A stretch of DNA of 64,000 nucleotides, taken from positions 5,936-69,935 of the IMG/VR virus record IMGVR_UViG_3300046474_000061. One strand, written 5' to 3'. Below, one piece after another: positions 1-9,991 of the stretch. Made by a program: the position numbers and the translations under genes. Below the pieces are notes generated by a model. That model did not search any database, was not told the DNA's origin, and saw only the letters and a list, made by a program, of their open reading frames with translations. Numbering within the stretch: position 1 is the first letter of the stretch; each line of letters starts with the position of its first letter. The DNA comes from a virus.

Positions 1-1
1 G

Positions 2-352
2 GAACTTATTGCCTGCAAATAGAACGTCACAGATCTGAGCTACAGCAGCTTGGACCTTAGTCTTCGTAATCTTGATGAATGCCTTAGACTTTTCAGTAGA
101 TGTGAACTGAGTCGTAGGACCATAGATACCACGATAATTCCTGTAGCACTCAAGCCAACGAGTTTCGTCAGATTTTCTCTTTCGCTCTGAACGGTGGAAA
201 TCTTCCATGATCGATTCAACAAGCTTAGAGAATTTAATATCATCTTGTGAGATATCGGTGGCTTCAGGAACAGAGACCGCAGCAGAAGGGTCTTGAGATG
301 TCTCTACTGAGAGATCCTTATTAAGCGGTGGTTCATTCATAAATGAAGCCAT
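2..352 (-). CDS. portal protein, N-terminal part (runs off window)
   Basis: Not in ORF track. ATG at 352 after GGAG; reads MASFMNEPP...RWLECYRNYRGIYG...FTSTEKSKAFIKITKTKVQAAVAQICDVLF, resembling podoviral portal N-termini; lies downstream of the terminase genes. Confidence 0.75.
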   Translation of the reverse strand, partial: MASFMNEPPLNKDLSVETSQDPSAAVSVPEATDISQDDIKFSKLVESIMEDFHRSERKRKSDETRWLECYRNYRGIYGPTTQFTSTEKSKAFIKITKTKVQAAVAQICDVLFAGNKF

Positions 353-366
353 TTAAATCTCCTTAA

Positions 367-2019
367 TTATATTAGGGCAGCGTCTATCCACATGGTAGTT
401 GCTGCATCGAGAATTGCTTGTCCACCCTTACTACCACTAGCTACACGAGGATGAGTACCATCGTCAGAGATGTACGAAATACCCGGTAGGGCAGAATAAG
501 TATCTCCGACCTGCTGTGTGTTTGTCCATGCAGAGGACACAGTAATATCACCATTAGTGTTACTACTACCACTTCGAAGAATACCAGCGTTTGCACCAGT
601 GATTGCCTGAACAATACCGTTCTGAATCGTGTTAGTACCTCTGTTATAATCAGAGTTCCATCGACTAGTAGAAATTACGGAGCTTACTGTGATAGTTTGG
701 TTGGCTGCAAGCAATGCATCTTCGCCAGCGACTTTCCAACGACCTGCATCTCGACTTGGTTCCATGGAGTCAGCCCATTCCATATAGCCATCAAATACTC
801 CAGAGCGTACCCAAGTATTGAACAGTCCACGAGATGAGGCAGACCCGGCATCAAAAAATCCACTGTAAGAAGACATATGTCCAGGAGACATAGTTACCTT
901 CCACGGAATAAGAGTAATCGTACCGGTGGCTGGAGTAGTACCAGAGCCTATAAACAAGAATGAAACAGTGTTGGCACCAGTGTTAATCGATGTACAAATA
1001 TGAGTACCGTTGTATTCAGCTTGGTTGGCACCAGAGAAAGTATAAGCCATACCTACCATGAACTGAGAAGCATCTGCAACAGTGGCAGTCATAGTAGTTC
1101 CAGATGAAGTCATCGTGGTAACGTTGATTGCCGTGATAGAAGCTTTTGTACGCGGAAGCATAGTGGTGTGAACCCACTTCATACTACTTGCACGAACCAT
1201 ATCTCTCATGGTTGTAATGTAACCCTGTAGAGTGGCAAGAGCCGTACCAGCACCAAAGTCATTAGTGCCCCAATTAGATACTACATGTGTGACACCAAGA
1301 GTTGCTGCCAGAGCAGTCTGTCTGGTGAAGTTAACTCCACTGCTAGCCCCGTAGGTTGCAGCAGTAGTTCCAGTGATAGAGGCATGATAGGCAGGGCATT
1401 TGCTAGCGGTGGCGTTATATACTGCACCACCATTGTTGGTCATGATACTGTCGCCGACAGCGAATAGTGCTACCTTCTTCAGTAGGCTTTTCTTTGCCTT
1501 AGTTAATACACCAGCAAATCCAAGTCGAATAATATACTTCTGACCGTTAGGGACAGTAGAGGAGAGATTGATCTTAAAGCTTGCACCAGCAGGAATTACT
1601 GTGGCTAGGTCTACGTCATCAGTTTTGATATGAGAACCGTCTGGAACGGTGACGGTCGTGTTACCACCAGATGCGATGTTTGTAGTAGTACCACCAATAG
1701 GGTATTCGACATTACCAGTCACGTCATAAGTATTTCCAGTAGAAATCGTACCAGATGTGGTAAGCCCCCAGCCTTGGAGTGCAACAGAAGCAGTGGTAAT
1801 ACTAGCACCACTCTCATTTACCAAAGTCGCTGAGTAAGTCTTGGTTGTACCATCTCCAGTCAACTGGCTAGTCTCACCGTTGTTACCTGGACCATAGAGT
1901 CTGGTAGCAAGACGAGAGATTACAACATCATTTACTTGGTTTGTACCCATATAAACAGAGAGGCTTGTAGATCCAAGGTAAATATTACCAGCCTGTGTCG
2001 AACCGATATAAATAGTCAT
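367..2019 (-). CDS. Thr/Ser/Gly-rich virion-associated protein with SGNH/GDSL hydrolase domain
   Basis: Motifs VGDSI, WGTND and DGTHP match SGNH blocks I, III and V; beta-rich flanks. Confidence 0.65.
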   Translation of the reverse strand: MTIYIGSTQAGNIYLGSTSLSVYMGTNQVNDVVISRLATRLYGPGNNGETSQLTGDGTTKTYSATLVNESGASITTASVALQGWGLTTSGTISTGNTYDVTGNVEYPIGGTTTNIASGGNTTVTVPDGSHIKTDDVDLATVIPAGASFKINLSSTVPNGQKYIIRLGFAGVLTKAKKSLLKKVALFAVGDSIMTNNGGAVYNATASKCPAYHASITGTTAATYGASSGVNFTRQTALAATLGVTHVVSNWGTNDFGAGTALATLQGYITTMRDMVRASSMKWVHTTMLPRTKASITAINVTTMTSSGTTMTATVADASQFMVGMAYTFSGANQAEYNGTHICTSINTGANTVSFLFIGSGTTPATGTITLIPWKVTMSPGHMSSYSGFFDAGSASSRGLFNTWVRSGVFDGYMEWADSMEPSRDAGRWKVAGEDALLAANQTITVSSVISTSRWNSDYNRGTNTIQNGIVQAITGANAGILRSGSSNTNGDITVSSAWTNTQQVGDTYSALPGISYISDDGTHPRVASGSKGGQAILDAATTMWIDAALI

Positions 2020-2201
2020 GGCGTGGTAATGTAAATGGTGTTTGCATCTTTAGGTGAAAGTGCATCGTAAGCAGCCTGAGTCAATACTACAATCTTAGAA
2101 CCACTACGAATTGCATTTGCCAGTGCATCACCATTTGCACCCGGTGCGATAACGTTAGCCAACTTATCGGCAATTATACTACGTGACGTTTCGTTAGCCA
2201 T
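2016..2201 (-). CDS. small hypothetical protein (tail-fibre-associated type motif)
   Basis: LTQAAYDALSPKDANTIY motif; 4-nt overlap with next gene; upstream GGAG. Confidence 0.55.
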   Translation of the reverse strand: MANETSRSIIADKLANVIAPGANGDALANAIRSGSKIVVLTQAAYDALSPKDANTIYITTP

Positions 2202-2210
2202 TGTTTACTC

Positions 2211-2498
2211 CTATTCGTCGTATGGATTCTCAGCAAAGCCCACGAAAGAATTCATGAGCAAAAACTTCGACCTTTCCAAATCCCATATGATCTTTGCAGG
2301 ATCACCAGAAGTTGTGGCAAAGTAAGTATTATCTTTGTCGTCATAAGTACCAATGATGATTACGTCATCAAAGTTCCTCTCAAGTGCAGCCTGAATAGCC
2401 TGTTCAACTTTTACCTTATCCTCTTCTACGAGAGCGGTTTCGAGTGCTTCAAAGTCAATCTCTTCAGCACCGGGGAACTTAATGACGTTATCATCCAT
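2211..2498 (-). CDS. hypothetical protein
   Basis: 95-aa ORF tightly packed in the minus-strand operon. Confidence 0.6.
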   Translation of the reverse strand: MDDNVIKFPGAEEIDFEALETALVEEDKVKVEQAIQAALERNFDDVIIIGTYDDKDNTYFATTSGDPAKIIWDLERSKFLLMNSFVGFAENPYDE

Positions 2499-2501
2499 GA
2501 A

Positions 2502-2690
2502 TTACTTACCCTTCGTGGTATGCGGGAAGAAGTCAAAATCCTTCATCGTATCGACCTGCTTGATTACGCTATCGACTTGATCAGGACTCATTCCTCTGTC
2601 AGGAACTTTATGAGCCTGCTTAACTCTGTTGTTAATTCTTTCGGCATCACTATCGATAGCGTCTCGTCCTTGTTTTGGGAATTTGGCCAT
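2502..2690 (-). CDS. hypothetical protein
   Basis: 62-aa ORF with stop/start overlap with neighbour. Confidence 0.55.
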   Translation of the reverse strand: MAKFPKQGRDAIDSDAERINNRVKQAHKVPDRGMSPDQVDSVIKQVDTMKDFDFFPHTTKGK

Positions 2691-2989
2691 TACTTCATCA
2701 AATCCTTTGTTGTATGTTGAAAGAACGGAAGGTCTCCGTAATTATCATTACTCTTAGTGAACTTACCGGGAACAGGGTCCTTAATAGAAGCTGGTTTAGA
2801 AGCAGCACTCTTAGTACCGGGATTAGGACCACCCTTACCATCTACGGCATAAGCAATAGGCTCACCCTCATTGACAGTCAGAGGTGAAGTCTTCTGTCGT
2901 TCCTGTAGAGCATAACCAGCTTCTGCAACCTTACGCTGCTTCTCTGTTTGAATCTCTACGTTATTCGACTGTCTTCCACCACGTTTCAT
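2690..2989 (-). CDS. hypothetical protein
   Basis: 99-aa ORF, GGAG upstream, coupled to next gene. Confidence 0.55.
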   Translation of the reverse strand: MKRGGRQSNNVEIQTEKQRKVAEAGYALQERQKTSPLTVNEGEPIAYAVDGKGGPNPGTKSAASKPASIKDPVPGKFTKSNDNYGDLPFFQHTTKDLMK

Positions 2990-3008
2990 ATTCCAATCTC
3001 CGTACCAA

Positions 3009-3722
3009 TCACAGACCGTACTCCGCTATAATGAATTCTTTAATGAAGTCGGATCGGACAATGTCGTCCACACCGAACTCGATGAAATCAACAGACTTGA
3101 TCTTATTAAGAATGCCCATGAGCTTCTTAAGACCAGTCTCTTCCCTGAAACGTTCACTGGAAAGATCGTCCTGTTCGAGGTCTCCGTTTACAATGAAACG
3201 GGAGTTATCACCGATACGGGTGATGACAGAACGAACTTCCTGATAGCCCATGTTCTGAGCTTCTTCGATAATGATAACAGCATCGTCAATGGTAAGACCA
3301 CGGATGAACGAAGTAGGCATGAATTCAATCAGCTTCTTCTGCTTCAGAATATCGTAAGCATCACCACGTCCGAATAGCTGTGAACAAAGACCCACATAAG
3401 GGGCCTCATAGTTCTTCATCTTCTCGGAAACACTACCGGGCATGAAGCCGATATCACGGGTAGGGACAGCAGAGCGGACAATAACGACCTTCTTCTGTTT
3501 CCCCAGCATGACCGACTTCAATGCCAAGTAAAGTGCTACAAATGATTTACCGGTACCGGGCAGCCCGTGAAGGAAGAGGTGCTGGCCATCTCCCCAACCC
3601 CTAAACGCTAAGTCTTGATTTTCAGTCTTAGGCTTGATTGGTGAGAGCGTCACTGAAGGAGCTACAAACTCTTTAACAGTTAAACGACTTGCTTGGCGAC
3701 GTTCCTTACGAGATGTTTTCAA
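3009..3722 (-). CDS. phoH: PhoH-like ATPase
   Basis: Walker A GLPGTGKS, IGFMPGS, FIRGLT, EEAQN, TRIG, GDLEQ, DIVRS. Confidence 0.93.
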   Translation of the reverse strand: MKTSRKERRQASRLTVKEFVAPSVTLSPIKPKTENQDLAFRGWGDGQHLFLHGLPGTGKSFVALYLALKSVMLGKQKKVVIVRSAVPTRDIGFMPGSVSEKMKNYEAPYVGLCSQLFGRGDAYDILKQKKLIEFMPTSFIRGLTIDDAVIIIEEAQNMGYQEVRSVITRIGDNSRFIVNGDLEQDDLSSERFREETGLKKLMGILNKIKSVDFIEFGVDDIVRSDFIKEFIIAEYGL

Positions 3723-3767
3723 TATCCTTGCTTCCTTTCTAGGAAAGAAGTAATAGCTTACTGAGAA

Positions 3768-5705
3768 TCAGTAACCGAATACCTCATCTGCTGGTTTCCA
3801 TTTATATTGTGATTTGTTACCCCAGTCTAAAGCAGACTCAGCTCTCGGTCGTGACATGATGCCATACCTTAGAGCGTCATAGCTGTGGTCTGATGGGTAA
3901 CGATCGTCGATGTCTTCTCCACCATCAGGGTCCGTAGGGATAGCCGGAAGGTCAGAGATTAGTTGGCGGCATGTATCAAAGAAGACGATACCAGATCTTT
4001 TCTCTCCGGTACGGATGTCTTCAGTTAGTTTGAGTAGTTCATGAAGTCTGTTCTTACCTGCAACACGGGAACCTTGTCCACGGTCAGAAGGTCTCCAACG
4101 ACAACCAGCAGCAACCATCTCTTCGGCTACTGATGGACCGTAGTGGCCTCTCTGGTGCCAGACTGAGGAGTCAAGCATACCGTAAGAAACACGTTCACCA
4201 TCTTCTAGGCGGAGTACCTTTTGTGCCAAATCGACACCGGTCATTCCCGATCCATATAATTCCCTATAGACATAAAGTGTATTATAAGCAGGATCAATCG
4301 CAAACCAAAGGACACAAGCTGGAGAAGAATAACCATAGTCAGCAGATCTAAACCTACGCCAATCATGAGGTAGATCAAATGGCTTACAGACATGGTAGCG
4401 GGGATTAAATTCAGCAAAGGCGGCTCCTTCCACAATGGACCAGTCGCCTTCTAGAAGTTTACGTCTCTGATCTTCTGGTAGACCCAAGAGAGATCTTTCG
4501 TATGCTCCATCTGCATAAAGGTATGGGTTATCGACTAGCTTGGCAGGGATAAACCTCCTTTTAAATAGAGGTTTGCCACGTTTGCTAATATCTTCATGAT
4601 CGGCTGGATACGTCAACACGTCCCCTGTGTCTACGTCCTTAGCCCAAAATGCCTGACCCGCTGGGGCGGGATCAATGAACATCTTCTTAACCCAATGGTG
4701 ACCGGGGCCACCGGGGTTAGTAGTAGCTCTCATACACAAAGTCTTCTTAAGTTCAGGATCAGCAGAACGCAAACGAGACTTAAGGTATGTATAAGCAAAT
4801 GGTGTAGGGTACTGAGTTAACTCATCCATACCAATCCAAGTAAATGCCTGTCCCTGATAACGCATAACGTCTTCGTCACGATCAAGGTAGGTAATCCAGA
4901 ACTTAGCTCCAGAAGGAAAAACCCACATAGAGTCTTTCTCTTTCCAGTTAGCTCCGGGGAAGGCTTTAGGATAAATCTTCTGAGATTCCCATTTGAGTTC
5001 TCGGAGTTCGTCGTTTGTACGGCGAAGCAAAAGTCCCACGAAGTTGGGATTATGAAAGTATCTCATAGGGTCGGCGAGCATCGCATAACTCTTCCCGCCT
5101 CCGGCGGAACCACCGTACAAAACTTCCTCTTCTGTAGCGGACAAAAAAGAAGTCTGAGGTCCCGGATTAGGCTTAAACACCCAATTGACATCACTAGGGA
5201 CTGGCGGTTTCGACTTGGGAGGTTCTTCACCAGCCGCTAGGGCCTTTAGGTGTTGTCCTCGCTGATCGTCTTCCTTCTTAACTTTAGGAAGTCTTTTCTC
5301 TTCAAACTTATCGTATTTCTTTTTAGCTATCGTAACTGCCCTAGCAGCAGCTGCCTTCTCAAGAGACTCTTTGGACCTCTTCATGTTAGGATTGAAGATC
5401 TTCCTATTTGTCTTCCTATTAAGGAAAGGTTTACGATGCTTCTTATAGAGGTTAGATGTAGTTTGATGGACAAGACTTCTCAGGAGCTTTTGTGTCAACC
5501 AATCGGTGACTTCTCTCAGAGAGCTACCTGCATCGATGTAATCGAAGGCTTGTTCAATCCAAGCTATCTGCTCAGGATCAGGGATGATGTGGAGAGGATC
5601 TTCTGGATCGACAATATAACCAACACCAATCTTACCATAAGGAAGCTTACGATACCAAGCCGGCCATCTCTCAAGCTTAAGCTGATTACCTTCGTTATCT
5701 GACAA
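3768..5705 (-). CDS. terL: terminase large subunit with ~175-aa N-terminal extension
   Basis: PNPGPQ, Walker A YGGSAGGGKS, Walker B MDELT, TTNPGG, nuclease ADYG and DHSYDALRYG. Confidence 0.93.
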   Translation of the reverse strand: MSDNEGNQLKLERWPAWYRKLPYGKIGVGYIVDPEDPLHIIPDPEQIAWIEQAFDYIDAGSSLREVTDWLTQKLLRSLVHQTTSNLYKKHRKPFLNRKTNRKIFNPNMKRSKESLEKAAAARAVTIAKKKYDKFEEKRLPKVKKEDDQRGQHLKALAAGEEPPKSKPPVPSDVNWVFKPNPGPQTSFLSATEEEVLYGGSAGGGKSYAMLADPMRYFHNPNFVGLLLRRTNDELRELKWESQKIYPKAFPGANWKEKDSMWVFPSGAKFWITYLDRDEDVMRYQGQAFTWIGMDELTQYPTPFAYTYLKSRLRSADPELKKTLCMRATTNPGGPGHHWVKKMFIDPAPAGQAFWAKDVDTGDVLTYPADHEDISKRGKPLFKRRFIPAKLVDNPYLYADGAYERSLLGLPEDQRRKLLEGDWSIVEGAAFAEFNPRYHVCKPFDLPHDWRRFRSADYGYSSPACVLWFAIDPAYNTLYVYRELYGSGMTGVDLAQKVLRLEDGERVSYGMLDSSVWHQRGHYGPSVAEEMVAAGCRWRPSDRGQGSRVAGKNRLHELLKLTEDIRTGEKRSGIVFFDTCRQLISDLPAIPTDPDGGEDIDDRYPSDHSYDALRYGIMSRPRAESALDWGNKSQYKWKPADEVFGY

Positions 5706-5707
5706 AA

Positions 5708-6118
5708 CTAATCCTCATGATCTATTGTGAGAGGTTCCTCATCCTTGGCAGGGAGGATAAACATATTCCTAATCTCAGTGACCTGAGGGGCTTCTTCTTT
5801 AAAGACACCACCTCTATCCAGAACGTCTCTGGCGGCTGCGATGAGATTATTTGTCCCTGGCTTATTTGGATCCATGAGGACATTAACTAGTTGGATAGCA
5901 GCAAAGCCAGAGGAAGCCTGAAGGTATTCCTTGGTTCTCTCTTTAATATGCTTGGCTAGCTTCTTGGTGACTGAGTTCATGGGGAATGACTTGGGGTAAC
6001 CAACGGCATCCATAGCCGCCCGTACATTCCCGTTACATTCATCGAAGAGAACATCCAAGAAGGCTTCTTCTCTTTCATTCAGTCCGGTATCTGGATTAAT
6101 AAGACTTAGATCATTCAT
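5708..6118 (-). CDS. putative terminase small subunit
   Basis: Directly upstream of terL; N-terminal HTH-like GNVRAAMDAVGY; AARDVLDRGG. Confidence 0.6.
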   Translation of the reverse strand: MNDLSLINPDTGLNEREEAFLDVLFDECNGNVRAAMDAVGYPKSFPMNSVTKKLAKHIKERTKEYLQASSGFAAIQLVNVLMDPNKPGTNNLIAAARDVLDRGGVFKEEAPQVTEIRNMFILPAKDEEPLTIDHED

Positions 6119-6338
6119 TAGAATATCCCTTAAAGTATACTAGTAGTACTATCCACCGAGGACCTAGTTGAATCATTCAAGTTCTACTATAGATCCGGTG
6201 TTCTTCAAGTCCGTGTACTTCAACTACTTTATACTGAAGTCTTGAAAATCAAAGCCGTATGTTCGTGCTTGTGTTTAACTGAGTAAATTAATTCAAAACC
6301 AAGGAAAGTTACAAGCCGTAAGGCATAGCTTGTTTAAA

Positions 6339-6387
6339 TCTTTTGTTCCTATAGTTTAATTATACCATTTTCTTAAAACCTTGTCAA
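6339..6387 (-). promoter_or_regulatory. sigma70-type promoter for the packaging operon
   Basis: Minus strand TTGACA (6387-6382), 17 nt, TATAAT (6364-6359), with TG extended -10. Confidence 0.85.
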
Positions 6388-6700
6388 GTAAAAAGTGCAA
6401 CCTTTAGCTGAAAAAGATTAACTTTCTACTATTGTGACAACAAATAATAAAAATAGAGTCTTGAGTACCCTAATCCAGAGTACTATGACCTAGACAGACC
6501 AACTATATTACATACTTAACTTGAAGAGTAGTTTAGACACCTAAATCATTGAAAAATATGTGGAACTGGTATACAACTATAAGTATCCCTCCCTTGGTCC
6601 TGCCCGGATAGTACAAAAATTCTGATCAAAGTAATAGATTTTAAAGAGGAAGAGTGATTGAGTACACTCACAGAGTTACTGCTATACATAGACGTTGATA

Positions 6701-6779
6701 TACTTGAAGTACTTACTTGAAGAACTATCATTGAAGTATAAGCAACTATAGTAATACTTGAAGAACTGTACTTGAAGTA
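6701..6779. repeat. clustered (T)ACTTGAAG short direct repeats
   Basis: Copies near 6701, 6714, 6755, 6769, a variant at ~6729 and one more at ~6519; inverted variants at ~6176-6225. Confidence 0.55.
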
Positions 6780-6981
6780 ATACGTAGTCTAATTGTACTG
6801 GCGATTATGGATTATTCTTGTCAATAAATTAGAGATTGAAAACCTGGGCGAGTTGCAACTTAGGGTACGCCAGGTCTGTAATATAATGTGATTAGCTTTT
6901 GTCCAGACTTTAGTTTACCATTCGCATCCTGATAGGAATACTTTCCTATGTTAGGACTATAGTCCTACAACTTCTAGTTAG

Positions 6982-7010
6982 TTGACACAACCTAAGGTAT
7001 ATGATATACT
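6982..7010 (+). promoter_or_regulatory. sigma70-type early promoter
   Basis: TTGACA (6982-6987), 17 nt, TATACT (7005-7010), preceded by TG. Confidence 0.75.
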
Positions 7011-7516
7011 CTTAGTTGTAATGTAGAAATGTCAATAGGTTCTGAGTTGTAAATGCACTAGATCAAGAATTATTCAATCTAGTGGGTTCTTTGATAAGAA
7101 AATCTGATAAAACCTGGTGGCATATGCTGGCTTGTTCTATGGGAGCTAGGAACGCTCTTAGACCGTGGGATAGGCAATCGGCCATACTCCTATAGAGAAC
7201 GCTTCTACGGGCTTCCTTGTGGCTTTTAGGGGCTGATCAACCGGAGAGAAGCTGGAAGCAATGAGCAAACGTCTTTTATTGTTTGTTTTCAATGCAAAGG
7301 GCTTTCAGACTTGGCCGGTTTTGAGGAACTAAAAAGAGAAGCTCTAGAGAAGCTCAGAATACCTAAGTTGCCCATTTTGGTTGATTTCTATGCCATTTGC
7401 ATAATTGTTCTAAAACTTGGAGCTTTGTTAGAATTATTTGTTATGAGTACGTCAATCTTTAGAATGAGGTGCTAAGAATTTCGATTGACAGGGGTTCTCA
7501 GAAAATGCCATAAATT

Positions 7517-8850
7517 GGGCGTCGCAAATGACAACCGCCCGGAAATACCGGCTCCGGTTAAGCCCTAAGGCGGGCAAGGGTTCTAACCCCTTAAAGCCTT
7601 CTGAATTGCCTAGCCCTCTTGCTAGGTTCACTTATCCCCTTAGGGGATTTTATATGTGTAGCCTCTGATATGAGGTAGGCTTGAAGTCCGTCGTGAGACG
7701 CGCTTTAGGTTTGGTGGAAATCAGGATTAGCTGGAACGGTTTGAACCCCAATCGTAAATGATTGGTATGTGTTCCCTCAGTTTAGTTCGCAATTGACTAT
7801 AGGCAACTATGCTATGGACAATGTGAGGGGCGAAACTGCGATCCTTGAACCGCAAGGGGATAGGTGAATTATAAACCTCACTATTCAATCGCTAGATACG
7901 ATTGGAACAACGTTTCATGGCTAGGTGTTAGGTGAGGCAATGCAATTCGCAGCAAAGCCAAGAACTACTAGGGACAGGCGCAAATGCTGATAACTCGCGA
8001 GGGCGAGAAACCACAATGGGAACCTAGAAAACCTAACTGAGAACACTTGCAAAGTCTAAGCTCATGACATGGTGACGCGTGGAGTGGGTTTATTCAGGGG
8101 ATGGCAAGCAACGGCTAAAATCGTTGTGATGAAAGCCCTCAGTTCGCCCGTAAGACGGCGGTAGCGCGAATGCTAGTTCAAAATGGCCACTCTCCCCTAG
8201 TGGGGCTTAACAAGCCTCATATTCAGATTGGGGGAGAAATTAAAAATAGAGAGAACTCAATAAACTAGCATTGGTGGAATTGGTTGCTACTTTCGGAAGC
8301 TTTACCCGTTGAACGGTTTTGTGGAAAATAACAGCTTGCCACCCTAGACTTGAATGTCGGTCAGTGACGAAAACTAAAGGTTCTCTCAAAGTAAAATATA
8401 AAGATAAACATCCAAAGCGTTAAAGGCTTTAGGGTGATTTTTCCTGTTTGTAAATTTAAACAGGGGGCAAAACATGAACCTCGCCTTATCGATGCGGTAT
8501 GCGGGGAACAAACTGAATTGTAATTGTGGTTGTTATGTCTAGGCCAATAGTCATTTGGTAAATCCGAAACGTTCATAAGTGATGGATAATCACTAGGGCG
8601 ATATGGTGCATTTGTGAGGCTAACGGCATAACAACTATAGGTACAATTCAATTGCGGCCCTTTAGGACGCTTAACCTTGCTTGCAACTGAAAACAGTTGT
8701 TTCCGGCTATGGTTGCTGAAGTATGAAGCCTTTACCCTTTGTTGCGTGTTTAGGTGGATAGTATGCTTGCCTTGCCAATAGGGGGAAATAATTCAAATCA
8801 GCGAAAGGTTAAGAACCTTTTGGATATTCCGCCGTTTCTTCTTTCAAGCG
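7517..8850 (+). ncRNA. candidate large structured non-coding RNA (boundaries uncertain)
   Basis: No credible ORF over ~1.3 kb; dense hairpins, some with GNRA loops (CGTC-GTGA-GACG, ATAG-GCAA-CTAT); a 25-nt helix 8514-8538/8626-8650 with four G-U pairs; TTGACA at 7485. Confidence 0.45.
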
Positions 8851-8936
8851 ATTGTTAGGAGAAATGGGGCAATATCGCCCGTAAGACTATGGGGATAGTC
8901 TCTCTAGTCTGGAAACCTTTGAAAGAGGATACCACA

Positions 8937-9680
8937 ATGGCTAACAAGTCCACTAATGCACCTGCTGCTGAACTCTCCATGTCACAGAAAATCGACAAGG
9001 CAATCGAAGGTATTGTAACGCGTGGCCAATCGCTTCGCACACATTGCCATGATACCCTTGTTATGGTCATGGATCATTACATTGGCGCTGGTAATGGCGA
9101 CACCACCAAAATCAAGCCGTTGCTTGATGCAGTCAAGAACTCACTCGGTTCTTCGCTATCGGCTGCAATGGTGCAATGGATTGCGCTTTCCATGCCGTCT
9201 TTGACGTGGGTTAAGGATAAGCAGATGTTTGCGCATATCAAGGGTGCGAAGCGCGAGTACAAGACGCTTGAGCGCGTGAAGCAGCGTTCGAAAATGCCCG
9301 GCACGGCAGATGCAATGTACTTCACGGGTGAACCGCGCGACCTTCCTTTCTATGAGCTGGAAAAGGAAGCCAATCAAAATCCGTTTGACTTGAAGGCTCG
9401 TATTGAGGCGCTTATCAAGTCTGCCGAAGCTGAATATAACAAGCGTTTGAAGGCCGGCGACAAGCCCACGTTCTCACACGCCGCTATCGACGAACTCGCC
9501 AAGTTTGCCGAAAATGTTAGCAAGCCCGAATGGAAATTCTCCGAAGCGGAATTGCAGGACATGACTGAAGTCGAGGTAGAAGGCGTGACGCCTGAAGAAA
9601 CCGAAGCTAAGGAAGGCAAAACCGGCCGTGTAGGTCGCCCGCGTAAACAGGAAAGTGAAGCTGCGGTAGCTCACCACTAA
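8937..9680 (+). CDS. first early gene, hypothetical protein
   Basis: ATG at 8937 after GAGGA; clean ORF with biased codon use. Confidence 0.8.
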   Translation: MANKSTNAPAAELSMSQKIDKAIEGIVTRGQSLRTHCHDTLVMVMDHYIGAGNGDTTKIKPLLDAVKNSLGSSLSAAMVQWIALSMPSLTWVKDKQMFAHIKGAKREYKTLERVKQRSKMPGTADAMYFTGEPRDLPFYELEKEANQNPFDLKARIEALIKSAEAEYNKRLKAGDKPTFSHAAIDELAKFAENVSKPEWKFSEAELQDMTEVEVEGVTPEETEAKEGKTGRVGRPRKQESEAAVAHH

Positions 9681-9730
9681 TCGCGTCTAATCCCCCTATC
9701 AGGTTCCACCACCTGTAGAAGACGCGATAG

Positions 9731-9765
9731 CTCCCCCCGGATTAAGTTTCGGGGGGAGACCTTTG
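9731..9765 (+). terminator. GC-rich hairpin after first early gene
   Basis: CTCCCCCCGGA...TTCGGGGGGAG stem followed by a short T tract. Confidence 0.45.
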
Positions 9766-9991
9766 TACTCGAATATGCATTGATACGCCCACATAGGTTA
9801 CACGTTCTATTCCACTCCCGGATGACGTGTGTAATCTTCCCGCCGCAACGGTCCTATGTGGGTTTATGAGTGCATGTAACCGTTGCTGCAAATCAGGACG
9901 GCTAACAGACTGCTCTAAACCAGATGAATACTGATATTTCACTGTCAATCCCTTTGGAAACTTAGGGCTTGATAGGGTAATATCGCCTTTT

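Noticed and set aside
6791-6824. Minus-strand TTGACA...TACAAT promoter
   Set aside because: Spacer is 21 nt, too long for sigma70
8494-8520. CGGTATGCGGGGAA resembling group II intron domain V
   Set aside because: No complementary 3' arm to close domain V and no reverse transcriptase ORF
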